Source of the DNA: Planctomycetota bacterium
GTDB taxonomy: Bacteria; Planctomycetota; UBA1135; UBA2386
Direction of reading: 5' to 3'
Assembly (NCBI GenBank): GCA_947501605.1
Contig: CANMWZ010000043.1
Span: forward strand, 1-36,061
DNA length: 36,061 bases
Shown here piece by piece: positions 16,808-26,421 of this stretch. The notes beneath the pieces are model-generated. The model was not told where the DNA came from. It searched no databases and was given only the letters and a program-made list of their open reading frames with translations. Each line of letters begins with the position of its first letter. Position 1 is the first letter of the stretch. A program made the translations under genes and the position numbers.

Positions 16808-19059
16808 CGCGCGGTCTCCAGTCGCGGTTGCCGACACAGCTCGACGGCGCGACGTTCGATGTCCTCTTGCTGCACGAGCACGAGGTTGGCTGCAGCAGCC
16901 AGCGGTACAAAGGTGTCGGTAGCGGCGACGCGCGCGAGGCGACACCCGGCGAGGTCTGGATCCTGGCAGAGTTCAGCGAGGATCAACGGGCTCGGTCCGG
17001 CCTGGTTGCTGCGGCACTCGTCGACGACGAGCACGCGGCCGGTCGCCTTCGCGTGTGCCTTGATCTGCGCCATTGGCAGCGGCATCAACCAGCGAAGGTC
17101 GAACACACGCGCGCGGATGCCGCGGGCAGCCAGTTTCTTTTGCGCCCGCAAACTCATCCACAGGCCGTTGCCGTAGCTGACGATGACGAGGTCGTCGTTG
17201 TCGCCTTCGCCGTAGCTGCGCCCTTCGCCGATGGGCATCAGTTGGTCGGGCGGCGGATACAAGAACTGCCACTGGCCGTCGTTCGTCTCGTGCAGATCCT
17301 TCTGCATGTAGAGCGCGATGGGCTCGAGGTAGACGCACACCTTGCCCGCCTGCGCCGCCGCGGCGGTCATCGTTCGCAGCATGGTGACGGCGTCATCCGC
17401 GCGCGACGGCACGCCGAAGACGAGCCCGGGGATCTCGAGGATGGCGCCGATGGAGTTGTCGTTGTGGAAGTGTCCGCCGAAGCCCTTCTGGTAGGCGAGG
17501 CCGGCGATGCGCACGACCATGGGATTCTGACACTTGCTGTCGCTGAAGAACTGCAGCGACGCGGCCTCGCCGCGGATCTGGTCGATCGCGTTGTGCAGGT
17601 AGGCGAGATACTGGATCTCGGGGAACGGCAAGCAGCCGGCCTGCGCGAGTCCCTGCGCCATCCCGAGGATGGTGGTCTCGTCGAGCATGGTGTTGAAGAC
17701 TCGGCCGCCGCCGAAGGTCTCGAACAGGCCCGCAGTCACGTGGTAGACGCCGCCCTTCTTGGCGACGTCCTCGCCGAACAGCAACGCGTTGTCGTGCGCG
17801 GCGAAGATGTCGGTGAGGGCTTGCGGCAGGCGATAGGCGAGGTGGCGCGGGCGCGTGTCGTCCTCGGGCAGCTTGCCGCCGAAGACCTCTAGGCGACGTT
17901 CGCGGCTCGCGACCTTCATCGACAAGTCGGCGGGCGTCGGCAGGTTCAACGGGCGAACGATGTCCTCGACGGTCGTGAGCTTCTTGCGAGCCGACGCTTC
18001 GATCGCGGCGCGGCGCAGCCGTTCGTCGGTGTCGTGGTAGAGCGCCAGCATCGCATCCTTCGTCAGCGCGCCGGTGCGCAGCAAGAGGTCGCAGAAGGTC
18101 AGCAGGGGATCGCGCTCCTCGACGCGCTCGATCTCGGCGAGCGTGCGGTAGTTGGTCTCGACGTCGCTGCCGGCGTGACCCATCAGTCGAACGGTGCGGA
18201 GGTGGAAGAACGCAGGCCGCTGCTTCTCGCGGACGAACTCGATCGCTGCCTTGGCCGCATCGAACACGGACGCGTAGTCCTGGCTGTCGGCACTGAAGTA
18301 CTGGATCGCCGTGCGGGTCTGCATCATGCGCTGGACGAAGCCGTCCGGCGTCTTGACCGAGATGCCGATGCCGTTGTCCTCGCACGCGAACAACACGGGG
18401 CACGGCTGCGCATGCAGAACGGACGCACCGGCGGCGTGGAACCCGGCCTGCGCGGTGCAGTGGTTCATCGAGGCATCGCCGAAGCTGCAGTAGACGATGC
18501 TGTCGTACGGCACGGGCGCCTTCAGCGCGAGGCGTTGCATGCGCGGCAGCGCGCGGGCGTAGCCGACGGCCTTTGGCAAATGGCTCGCGATCGTGCTCGT
18601 CTGCGGCGACACGAAGGTGGTGTGGCTACCGAGCACCTTGTGGCGGCCGCCGCTGACGGGATCTTCGGCCGAGGCGCAGAACGACAACATCGCGTCGAAG
18701 AAGGGCGTCTCGCCGCGACCGTTGCGCAACCGCGCGGCCATGAACGCGCCGCTGCGGTAGTGGAGGAACGCGGGGTCGGTGGTGCGCAGGAGCGCGCCGA
18801 AGATGGCGTTCGCCTCGTGGCCGCTGCTGCCGATCGTGTAGTAGCTGAGGCCCTTGTCCTTGAGCTCGCGCGAGAGGAGGTCTTGGAGGCGCGATTGGAT
18901 CGCGGATTCGAAGATCGCGACGGCTTGGCGACGCGTGAGCGTTGCGTGCGCGGCGATCGGCGCGTCGAGCGGGCCGGTGGCGGCTGGATCGGCGCCCGGG
19001 TGGGAGCGGAGGAGCGTGAGCAGGCGCTCGGTGACGGGGCCTTCGCGGCGGATGGACAT
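16804..19059 (-). CDS. Fused alpha-beta ThDP-dependent 2-oxoacid dehydrogenase E1-like protein
   Basis: Alpha part: SSGHEA, LHYRS, GDAS...CEDN (ThDP/Mg motif), GHAGSD. Beta part: FGEDVAKKGGVY, RVFNTMLDE, EIQYLAY, YLEP, DLRWL, VVDE. Confidence 0.9.
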   Translation of the reverse strand: MSIRREGPVTERLLTLLRSHPGADPAATGPLDAPIAAHATLTRRQAVAIFESAIQSRLQDLLSRELKDKGLSYYTIGSSGHEANAIFGALLRTTDPAFLHYRSGAFMAARLRNGRGETPFFDAMLSFCASAEDPVSGGRHKVLGSHTTFVSPQTSTIASHLPKAVGYARALPRMQRLALKAPVPYDSIVYCSFGDASMNHCTAQAGFHAAGASVLHAQPCPVLFACEDNGIGISVKTPDGFVQRMMQTRTAIQYFSADSQDYASVFDAAKAAIEFVREKQRPAFFHLRTVRLMGHAGSDVETNYRTLAEIERVEERDPLLTFCDLLLRTGALTKDAMLALYHDTDERLRRAAIEASARKKLTTVEDIVRPLNLPTPADLSMKVASRERRLEVFGGKLPEDDTRPRHLAYRLPQALTDIFAAHDNALLFGEDVAKKGGVYHVTAGLFETFGGGRVFNTMLDETTILGMAQGLAQAGCLPFPEIQYLAYLHNAIDQIRGEAASLQFFSDSKCQNPMVVRIAGLAYQKGFGGHFHNDNSIGAILEIPGLVFGVPSRADDAVTMLRTMTAAAAQAGKVCVYLEPIALYMQKDLHETNDGQWQFLYPPPDQLMPIGEGRSYGEGDNDDLVIVSYGNGLWMSLRAQKKLAARGIRARVFDLRWLMPLPMAQIKAHAKATGRVLVVDECRSNQAGPSPLILAELCQDPDLAGCRLARVAATDTFVPLAAAANLVLVQQEDIERRAVELCRQPRLETAR

Positions 19060-19188
19060 GCTGGGGGGTGGGGAGCTTACCGATCGGCGGCGAGGCCGCA
19101 CGCGCTCTGCGGGTGGGGAGCTACACCCTGATGTCCGTGGACCAGGAGTTCTGCGAACACGACCTTCCGCGCCCCACGCCCTCTTCCC

Positions 19189-21702
19189 TCACCCTCGAAC
19201 GCGCCACTCCCCGACGTCCGCGCTCCCGCGAACGCGCACCGCTCTCTCCGCGACCATCACCGCGCCGCGGTAGACGCGCATCGACCATTCCCCATCGCCG
19301 ACGAACGGAACCTCGAACGAACCGTCCGCCGCAACCGCGATCCCGCACCAGCGCGCGAACTTCTCGCTGCCGACCATGTCCGCGGCCATGCCGTTGCCGA
19401 GATTCGCGGGCACCGCGACCACGCGCATCTCCGCAATCGTCGCTGCCTCCACGTCCACCAGCCGTCCGCGCACCGAGCCAGTCGGCACCACGAGATCCAT
19501 CGCCTGTGCACCTGCGCCGCGGACTTCCACGCCCGCCAGGAGCACGACCGGCGCCGAGCGATCCTCGCGCTCGTTGCGCAACACCACCACGTAGGACCCC
19601 TTCGCCACGCCGCCGGCGTCGTAGCCGCGGCCCGCTGACTTCGCCGGATACCACCGACCTGTCGCCGTCACGGGCACGAACACCGGGACCAGCCCTCCGG
19701 GCCCGCCGATCACGTTGCCGAACACGCGCACCGCGTCCGGCACTTCGATGTGCAGTTCGCCCGTCGAGGTCGCGCCCGCTTCGACCGCATAGGTCTGGTT
19801 CGCGATCGCGTTCTCGTCCGGATCGCCTGCGTTCGGCACGATCCAAACCGTGTAGCGACCGGCGAGCAGGCCCGGCAGCTCGAACGCGCCGTCGTCGCCG
19901 GTTCGTCGCCGTTCGTGGACGTCGCGATGGGTCGACGAAGTGATCAGTGCATGCGCCCCCGCGACCGGTGCCTCATTGCCGTCGAGCACCACGATGCGCA
20001 GCGACGAGAGCGGCAGAGCCGAGAACAGCAGTTCCCTCTCTGCATCTGCATCCTGCGCTCCCGCTTGCCACAGATGGTCGTCGAGCAGGATCGTGCACGC
20101 CGTTCCGTCCTTCGGCAGCGCCAGCGCGAACGACCCATCGGCCCCGCTCTGCACCGCGCGCGGCGAACGCGTTCCGTTCTCGATGGCGTAGAAGCTCCGC
20201 AGCGTCACGCCGACGAGCGGTTCGCCCGAACGCGCACCCACGACGCGGCCGCGTTGCACGACCGGGGCCAGTCGCTCGGCCGCGCCCATGTCGACCTCGA
20301 ACGCGATGCGGATCGGCACCCCTGCGACCGGTTGCACTTCGGAGCGGAGCGCCTGTGCACTCAGGTCGCCGAACTCGCCCGCGCCGGCGCCGGCGCAATC
20401 GGCGCGCACCGACATCGGCTTGCCCACGAGGCATCGCGCTTCGCCGCGCCAGATCCCGTTCTGGCCCCGCGCGTCGGACGGCACGCTGAACTGGCCACCT
20501 GGCATCGCGCCTTCCGGCTCTTCGCCAGTGCGCCACCACGACGTGGCCGACACCGAGAAGCTCGGCACGGGCAGCCCTGTGTTGCGGTCGGTCATCGTGA
20601 CCTCGAGCGGCACCGTGAACGTGCGCAGCATCGTCAGCGTCGACTCGGTGTCGAAGGGGGCGAACCAGCTGTCCTTCCTGGCGACGTGATCTGCGTGGGT
20701 GACCTCGACGTGCACGCCCTTGTCGCTCGTCGTGCCCGGATGCAGTGTGAACGTGCCGTCGTCGCCGGTGCGCGACTCGAGGTCGAGCATGCTGGCTTTG
20801 CCGTTGTCGATCTCGCGTTCGAACAACCAGCGCGGCCATTGGCGCACGATGGCAGAGGCGATCGGGGCCCCGGTCTCGTCGAGCACGCGGCCGCGAACGG
20901 CGCGCGCCGGTGCGGGTTGGATCGTGCGCGAAGTGTTCTCGTCGGGCGCCGTCGTTGTTCGATCCGTGCGTTCGAAGATCGCGGCGACCGGTGCCTCGAT
21001 GCCCCAGTCGGGCGGTGTCGGCAGCGAGCCCGGTGCGGACAGCGCGACGGCAGTCGGCACGGCGACGAGCACCAGAACGGCAGCGGCGACGACGAGCAGT
21101 TTGTGCGTGGTCATGACGGCGACAGAGAGCGGAACGACAGTGGCGAAGGTGCCCGCCGCGGCGGCGACGTGGTGGGGGCGCGGCAACGTGGCGAGCGCAA
21201 GGACCCAGAGCCGTCGATCGCCGAAGTCGCGGTCGAGCTGTTCGCGCAGCGTCTCTTGCGCGCGCGAAAGGCGCGTGCGAACGGTCGCGACCGGGATCTG
21301 CAGGCGGGCGGCGATCGCGCGCGGCGGCAGCCCTTCGTAGAAGCGCAGCAGAACGACCTCGCGCATCGGCATCGGCAGCGCGTTGACCGCTGCGAGCACG
21401 CGCTGTTGCGACTCGGCCGCGGCGACGAGGCGGGCGGTGTCAGGGACTTCGTCTCTGCGGGCCGCAGTGCGTTCGCGTCGGTCGCGCCGCGTCGTCGACC
21501 GGCGGGCCATGCGCGCAAGGTTGTGCGCGATGCCGGTGAGCCAGGCGCGGATCGGCACACCGTGGTCGGGTCGGCTCTGCAACGCCGCGCGCCAGACTTC
21601 TTGCGCGAGGTCGTCGCTGGTCGAACGGTCGAACACGAGGCGGGCGCAGAGCGCGCGCGTCCATTCGAGGTCACTGAGCCAGTTGCCGGTCTCGTCGGTC
21701 AT
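19189..21702 (-). CDS. ECF sigma factor with long C-terminal membrane-anchored extension
   Basis: Region 2 (DDLAQEVW...AWLTGIAHN), region 4 (LPMPMREVVLLRFYEGL...VATVRTRLSRA), a TM helix, then repeated GRVLDxxGxPIxxA...TGDDGxF beta domains (carboxypeptidase regulatory-like). Confidence 0.88.
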   Translation of the reverse strand: MTDETGNWLSDLEWTRALCARLVFDRSTSDDLAQEVWRAALQSRPDHGVPIRAWLTGIAHNLARMARRSTTRRDRRERTAARRDEVPDTARLVAAAESQQRVLAAVNALPMPMREVVLLRFYEGLPPRAIAARLQIPVATVRTRLSRAQETLREQLDRDFGDRRLWVLALATLPRPHHVAAAAGTFATVVPLSVAVMTTHKLLVVAAAVLVLVAVPTAVALSAPGSLPTPPDWGIEAPVAAIFERTDRTTTAPDENTSRTIQPAPARAVRGRVLDETGAPIASAIVRQWPRWLFEREIDNGKASMLDLESRTGDDGTFTLHPGTTSDKGVHVEVTHADHVARKDSWFAPFDTESTLTMLRTFTVPLEVTMTDRNTGLPVPSFSVSATSWWRTGEEPEGAMPGGQFSVPSDARGQNGIWRGEARCLVGKPMSVRADCAGAGAGEFGDLSAQALRSEVQPVAGVPIRIAFEVDMGAAERLAPVVQRGRVVGARSGEPLVGVTLRSFYAIENGTRSPRAVQSGADGSFALALPKDGTACTILLDDHLWQAGAQDADAERELLFSALPLSSLRIVVLDGNEAPVAGAHALITSSTHRDVHERRRTGDDGAFELPGLLAGRYTVWIVPNAGDPDENAIANQTYAVEAGATSTGELHIEVPDAVRVFGNVIGGPGGLVPVFVPVTATGRWYPAKSAGRGYDAGGVAKGSYVVVLRNEREDRSAPVVLLAGVEVRGAGAQAMDLVVPTGSVRGRLVDVEAATIAEMRVVAVPANLGNGMAADMVGSEKFARWCGIAVAADGSFEVPFVGDGEWSMRVYRGAVMVAERAVRVRGSADVGEWRVRG

Positions 21703-21777
21703 GCCGAGGAGAGGATTGCCGCGGGGAGGGAAATCGACTCAGCCGAGACGAAGAAAATCGTGCGAGGGGTGGGTGGG

Positions 21778-23028
21778 TCAGGGGAGTGGCGAGGGTGTGG
21801 GGGTCGCCGTCGCGTCCGCCGCGTCCACCCGCAATCGCCACCCCGCGACGAGGACCATCGCCACCGCCACGACCAGCACCGACCCGTGCTCCTGCAGCCA
21901 CATCGCCACCGGCCGCCCGAGGATCTCGCGCGAGGTCGCGTTCAACAGCAGCGCGAACACCACCAGCCAGCGCACCATGGCCACGCGCACCCTGCCACCC
22001 GCCGCATCGCCCATCGCATACATCGCGACCGCCAGCGGCCCGAGCGTCACGTAGTGCGCCTTCCACGACACCGGCGACACGATCGTGATCGCCACCAGCA
22101 GCATCGCGACCTCGGCCGCGGCGCGCGGCGCGGACACATCGCGGAACGGCCGGCGCATCGCCGCGACCACGAACGCGAACAGCGCGACCGAACCCGCATA
22201 CCACAGCTTCACGCCGACCGAGTCGCCCCACAGCGTGATGCCGACCGAGCGCAGCGACTGGTTCATCCAGTGATCCTGCGAGCCCGACTCCGGCAGCGCT
22301 TGCACCCAGCCGCGCCACCAATCGACGATCGAGTCCGGGCCCACGATCAGCATCGGCAACACGATCCAGCCCACGACCACACCCAGCGTGCAGAACAGCA
22401 GATCCCGCCAACGCCGCCGCCACACGAGCCAGGCCAGCAGCAGCACCGGCGTCGCCTTGATCGCCGAGCCCAGCCCGAACACCAACCCGCCGAATGCCGG
22501 TCGCCGCGCCACCATGCGCAACCCCAGCAGCACGAGACCCATCGACAGCGGGTTCACGTTGGTGTGCTCGAAGTTGTTCATCACCATCCGGATCGGCAGC
22601 AAGAGCCCGAACGCGAGGATCGGCGCATCCCACTGCAGACGCTTCCCCGGATCACTGTGGCGCAGTCGTTTGCCGGTCAGCCACTCGGCCATCACCAGCA
22701 GCGAGATCGCAAAGCCCCACAGATTGGCGAGGCGAAACAGCACGACCGTCACCGGCGGCGACACCCGATCGAGAACCGCCAGCACCGAGGCGATGGGCAC
22801 GAGTCCCGGCGGCCACGTCGCCCACGGTCCGTCGAAGTCGGGCCGATAGACCCGCTGCGTCGGCATGTCGTAGACCATCACGTCGTCGACCGCAGCGCGC
22901 CCGAAGGCGAGGAACCCAGGATAGTCCCCGAGCTTCTGCAGTCGGATGAAGCACAGGACCAACAGCACGGTCCAGCCGATGCCGATCAGCAGCCGCAGCA
23001 GGTTCTTCTTGGTGGCGTAGCGAGGCAT
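21778..23028 (-). CDS. GT87/DUF2029-like polytopic glycosyltransferase
   Basis: Many TM helices; DY, WPP, HTNVN, IKATP, NQSL and SPVSWKAHY motifs typical of GT87. Confidence 0.75.
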   Translation of the reverse strand: MPRYATKKNLLRLLIGIGWTVLLVLCFIRLQKLGDYPGFLAFGRAAVDDVMVYDMPTQRVYRPDFDGPWATWPPGLVPIASVLAVLDRVSPPVTVVLFRLANLWGFAISLLVMAEWLTGKRLRHSDPGKRLQWDAPILAFGLLLPIRMVMNNFEHTNVNPLSMGLVLLGLRMVARRPAFGGLVFGLGSAIKATPVLLLAWLVWRRRWRDLLFCTLGVVVGWIVLPMLIVGPDSIVDWWRGWVQALPESGSQDHWMNQSLRSVGITLWGDSVGVKLWYAGSVALFAFVVAAMRRPFRDVSAPRAAAEVAMLLVAITIVSPVSWKAHYVTLGPLAVAMYAMGDAAGGRVRVAMVRWLVVFALLLNATSREILGRPVAMWLQEHGSVLVVAVAMVLVAGWRLRVDAADATATPTPSPLP

Positions 23029-23081
23029 CGAGGGCAGAGGCGCAACCTACGCGCGCGCTCGTTCGACTCCATCGCGCACTC

Positions 23082-23783
23082 TCAGAAGTTGAGGAACAGA
23101 CTGATGGACAGGATGTGGTTCATCCCGTCTTCGGTCGTCTTGTCGATCCACTGGTTGAGATAGCCCACTTCGATCGCGTTCTTGTGGGCAGAGTCGAGGT
23201 AGACGCCGAGGCCCAGGAACGCGCGGTTCTGGCGGAAGCCTGCGCGCTGGCCCCAATCGGTGTCGTTCAGGTCGAAGAATCCTTCGTCGAAGATGCTGAC
23301 GTAGGTCGCCTTCGATTCGGTCAGCGGCACCATTGCCTTGAACTGTTGGCGCAGTCGATCGCCGGTCTCGCTCTCGTCCTCGACGAAGCGCTGTTCGAGC
23401 CGCGTGCGCGAACTCAGCGCGAAGCCCTCGATCGGGAGGTTGAGCGAGAGTTGCTCCCAGACGCGGTGTTCGAGATGCGTCGCTGCGCCGGCGGGGTCGA
23501 TGTCGAACAGCCCGTAGCCGACGAACGCGGTCGCTCGCGGGCTCAGCGCGTAGCCGAGCGCTGGCCGGAAGAACGCCATGTCGAGGTCTTCGCCTTCGTT
23601 GCGCCAGCGCGCCTGCGCTTCGAGCCACCAGCGGAAGTTACCGAGCGAACTATCGGCTGCAGCGAGGCGCCCTTGGGCCAAGGTCGCCAGCCAGAGCCCG
23701 CCGTCGTCGCGGGTCTGCGCCGAGGCTGAGGCCGTGACCAGCGAGGTGGCGAGGGCCAAGGCGATGGCGAGCGGGATGCGCAT
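23082..23783 (-). CDS. DUF2490-like outer-membrane beta-barrel
   Basis: Signal peptide; RPALGY, EHRVWEQ, RTRLEQRF, QNRAFLG, EVGYLNQ; terminal Phe. Confidence 0.8.
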   Translation of the reverse strand: MRIPLAIALALATSLVTASASAQTRDDGGLWLATLAQGRLAAADSSLGNFRWWLEAQARWRNEGEDLDMAFFRPALGYALSPRATAFVGYGLFDIDPAGAATHLEHRVWEQLSLNLPIEGFALSSRTRLEQRFVEDESETGDRLRQQFKAMVPLTESKATYVSIFDEGFFDLNDTDWGQRAGFRQNRAFLGLGVYLDSAHKNAIEVGYLNQWIDKTTEDGMNHILSISLFLNF

Positions 23784-23848
23784 GGCGGCATCGTCGGCTT
23801 GCTCTGGCGGGGTGCAAGGCGTGTGGCGACCGCGCTGGCCAGGAGCAC

Positions 23849-24868
23849 TCAACGAAGCTTGATCTCGATGTAGCGGACCGCCTCTTTGTCCCACCGCAGC
23901 GTCAGGCGGTGATCGGCGAACCACTCGGCCTTCGGCTCCACGCCCTCGGGCAGGATGCGCGCCAACTGCAGCGCGCTGGCCTCGCGATACGCAACGTCCA
24001 CGTGCTTGCCGAGCCGCCACAGCAGGTCGAGGTTGCGCCACGGATCGCGATGGCCGCACGCGAGGCGATCGAGTTCTTGGCGGACGGCCACGAGCCTTGC
24101 CCGCGCCTCCGCCCGTGTCGTGGCCGCGGCGATCGCAGTTTCGAGCGGTTCCACCGCGGACCAACCCATCTTCGACAGCGCGCGCATTGCCGTCGGATGA
24201 GCCGCGTCGTTCTGGCTGCACAGTCGGGCGATGGCGTCGAGCGCTGCGTCGCGATCGCGTTCACCGATGGCCGGAGTCCACGTCAGCATGCGTGTGCGGA
24301 AGGCGCGCTCGTCGGCGGCGATGGGCCACCACCTCGGCGCGGCGGCTTCGGCGGCGACCTTGGCGCCAGGATCGGTATGCCCCTCGGTCAGCACTTCTCC
24401 AAATGGCACGAACACCTCGGCGCGGCGGGCATCAAAACCCTCGAGTCCGCGCAACCAGAAGGTCTGCGCGTCGCGAACCCACAGCGAGACCCGCGCCGTC
24501 GCCCGCGCTGGTTGGAGGTCGGCGAGCACGCGCCCGTCGCAGCCGAGCAGCAGCACCTTGTGGTCCATCGACGTGCCGAGCAAGAAGCCGTTGCCACTGG
24601 GCGACATCACCAGGGACATGCGAAAGCTCGCTCGCGTGTTCCAGGTGCGTTCAAACGTGCCGAGTTGGTGGTAGGTGCCGAGGCCGGCTTCTTCGCAGGT
24701 GAAGCGAAAGTGATACGGGCCGTTCGACTTCGGACCGATGCCGGTCAAGGACTCCGCCCGGACCCGATAGTGGCCGCTGGTCGCAGTCTGGTCCTGTGCC
24801 CCGTTGGACTCTTGGGCCGCGAGGGACATGCCGAGCACGAGAATGGCGATGGCGGCGAACGAGCGCAT
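23849..24868 (-). CDS. Secreted hypothetical protein
   Basis: Signal peptide MRSFAAIAILVLGMSLAAQ; beta-rich N-terminal half and helical HEAT-like C-terminal half. Confidence 0.65.
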   Translation of the reverse strand: MRSFAAIAILVLGMSLAAQESNGAQDQTATSGHYRVRAESLTGIGPKSNGPYHFRFTCEEAGLGTYHQLGTFERTWNTRASFRMSLVMSPSGNGFLLGTSMDHKVLLLGCDGRVLADLQPARATARVSLWVRDAQTFWLRGLEGFDARRAEVFVPFGEVLTEGHTDPGAKVAAEAAAPRWWPIAADERAFRTRMLTWTPAIGERDRDAALDAIARLCSQNDAAHPTAMRALSKMGWSAVEPLETAIAAATTRAEARARLVAVRQELDRLACGHRDPWRNLDLLWRLGKHVDVAYREASALQLARILPEGVEPKAEWFADHRLTLRWDKEAVRYIEIKLR

Positions 24869-24941
24869 GCGGGCGAGGACGAACCATAGCAAAGCGGGCT
24901 CCGGAATGTCGACTGCCGGCCACTGCCCTATCCTCCGCGGC

Positions 24942-25559
24942 GTGGTTCCGACGCCGCACGAGACTTCATCACGCACGCACCGTCGCGACCTGGGTCGCGG
25001 TGCGGTCATCGACTACGAGTCCTCGTTCGTGCTCGACCACGAGGCAGCGATGACGCGACTGTTGGCCGAGCTACCACTCGAGCAGGAGTCGATTCGCATG
25101 ATCGGCCGCCTCGTGCCAGTGCCGCGCCTCGTGTGCTTTCATGGCGAGCCGGGCAAGCGCTACCGCTACAGCGGTCGCGACCACGAGGCTCTGCTGTGGA
25201 CGCCGACGCTGCGTGTCTTGGTCGAACAACTGCGTGCTTTCACCGGCACGCCTTATGACACCGTGCTGTGCAACTTCTATCGCGATGGCATGGATGCGAT
25301 GGGCAAGCACAGCGACGACGAGAAAGAGCTCGGCCCTTCGCCCGATGACTTGCACATCGCCTCGATCTCGCTCGGTGCGCGCCGGATCTTTCGCATGCGG
25401 CGGAAGGACGGCAGCGAACGCTTCGATCTGCAGTTGGGCCATGGCGATCTGTTGGTCATGAGCGGCACGACGCAGGCGCATTGGACCCACGAAGTGCCGA
25501 GGACGAAGGCGATGGTCGGCCCGCGGTTGAACCTCACGTTTCGTTGCGTGAAGGGCTGA
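24942..25559 (+). CDS. alkB: AlkB-family 2OG-Fe(II) dioxygenase (ALKBH2/3-like)
   Basis: PRL, YRYSG, LCNFYRDGMDAMGKHSDDE (HxD), IASISLG, WTHEVP (His), RLNLTFR. Confidence 0.88.
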   Translation: MVPTPHETSSRTHRRDLGRGAVIDYESSFVLDHEAAMTRLLAELPLEQESIRMIGRLVPVPRLVCFHGEPGKRYRYSGRDHEALLWTPTLRVLVEQLRAFTGTPYDTVLCNFYRDGMDAMGKHSDDEKELGPSPDDLHIASISLGARRIFRMRRKDGSERFDLQLGHGDLLVMSGTTQAHWTHEVPRTKAMVGPRLNLTFRCVKG

Positions 25560-25645
25560 CCGTCAGCCGCAGCGACCCAGGAACGTCCGCGTGGATCTAC
25601 CGTGCCGAGGAAGCCGCCGAGGAATCAGAGGGAGTGGCCGAGGAA

Positions 25646-26257
25646 TCAACTGCCGCGCTCCGTCACCGCTCGCGCGACCGGCGCCGGCAACGCCTGCTTC
25701 TGCCGCGCCCCGGCCTCTTCGCGCAGCAGCGTGGGAACGTCGGCGTAGACGTAAACCACAGGCGGCTTGTCCTTCGCGAGTCCGCCGGTGTCCGCCGTCG
25801 GCCCATACGTGCTGTGCAGCGCCTTTCCCTGTTGTCGCAGCAGCATCGTCTGCTGACCGCGATGGTGGGCCGTGTGCGCGATGCGGCGAACCATGATCCA
25901 GGTCCGCGGTCGCGGGACCTCGAAGAACGCGACGACCGTCTCCCACCAGGCGTCGTCCTTGCGGTGGAGCTCGCGCAAGCGGAGCTGCGCGCATTCGGCG
26001 TAGGTCTGCAGGAAAGCGATCCGCGTTTCGCGCACTGGCAGCGCCGACTGGCCGATCGGGATCGCGAACATGTTCTGGAACCAGCCGTCCTCGGACATGC
26101 ACTGATGCACCATGTGCTCCAGCAGGTTGCGTCCGCGGCGGTCGCCATCGAGCGGGCGGTGCAGCAGATCGCTGTCGTCGGCCATGCTCCAGACGGAGAG
26201 CACTTTCTCGATCTCGGTGGCGTAGGAGTCGACGAGGAACGCGTAGCGGCTCGGCAT
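25646..26257 (-). CDS. DinB/YfiT-family metalloprotein
   Basis: EHMVHQCMSE and RRIAHTAHHRGQ His motifs; LHSTYGPTADTGG tail. Confidence 0.82.
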   Translation of the reverse strand: MPSRYAFLVDSYATEIEKVLSVWSMADDSDLLHRPLDGDRRGRNLLEHMVHQCMSEDGWFQNMFAIPIGQSALPVRETRIAFLQTYAECAQLRLRELHRKDDAWWETVVAFFEVPRPRTWIMVRRIAHTAHHRGQQTMLLRQQGKALHSTYGPTADTGGLAKDKPPVVYVYADVPTLLREEAGARQKQALPAPVARAVTERGS

Positions 26258-26421
26258 CTGCGAAGTATCGCCGGCCTGCGCGGCGAAAGCCCGCGTGTCG
26301 GTGGCCCGCGACCAGCGTCACTCGACCCTGCCCGACCATCCGGTGAGGCCTGTCCGGCGAGCCCTGGTGCGTTCCAAAAAACAGCACGCTCCGCTCCGGT
26401 CCTCGGTCGATACTGGACCCC

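Noticed and set aside
15785..19059. PKS/fatty-acid biosynthetic cluster or complete PDH/BCKDH operon
   Set aside because: No ACP, ketosynthase, E2 or E3 in the window.
19750..23163. 1137-aa plus-strand ORF and other long antisense ORFs (e.g. 13907-15760 minus, 32991-34427 plus)
   Set aside because: Shadow ORFs opposite well-supported genes, expected at this GC content; Arg/His-rich with no motifs.
25646..26257. DNA polymerase IV (dinB)
   Set aside because: A 203-aa His-motif helical DinB/YfiT family protein, unrelated to Y-family polymerases.
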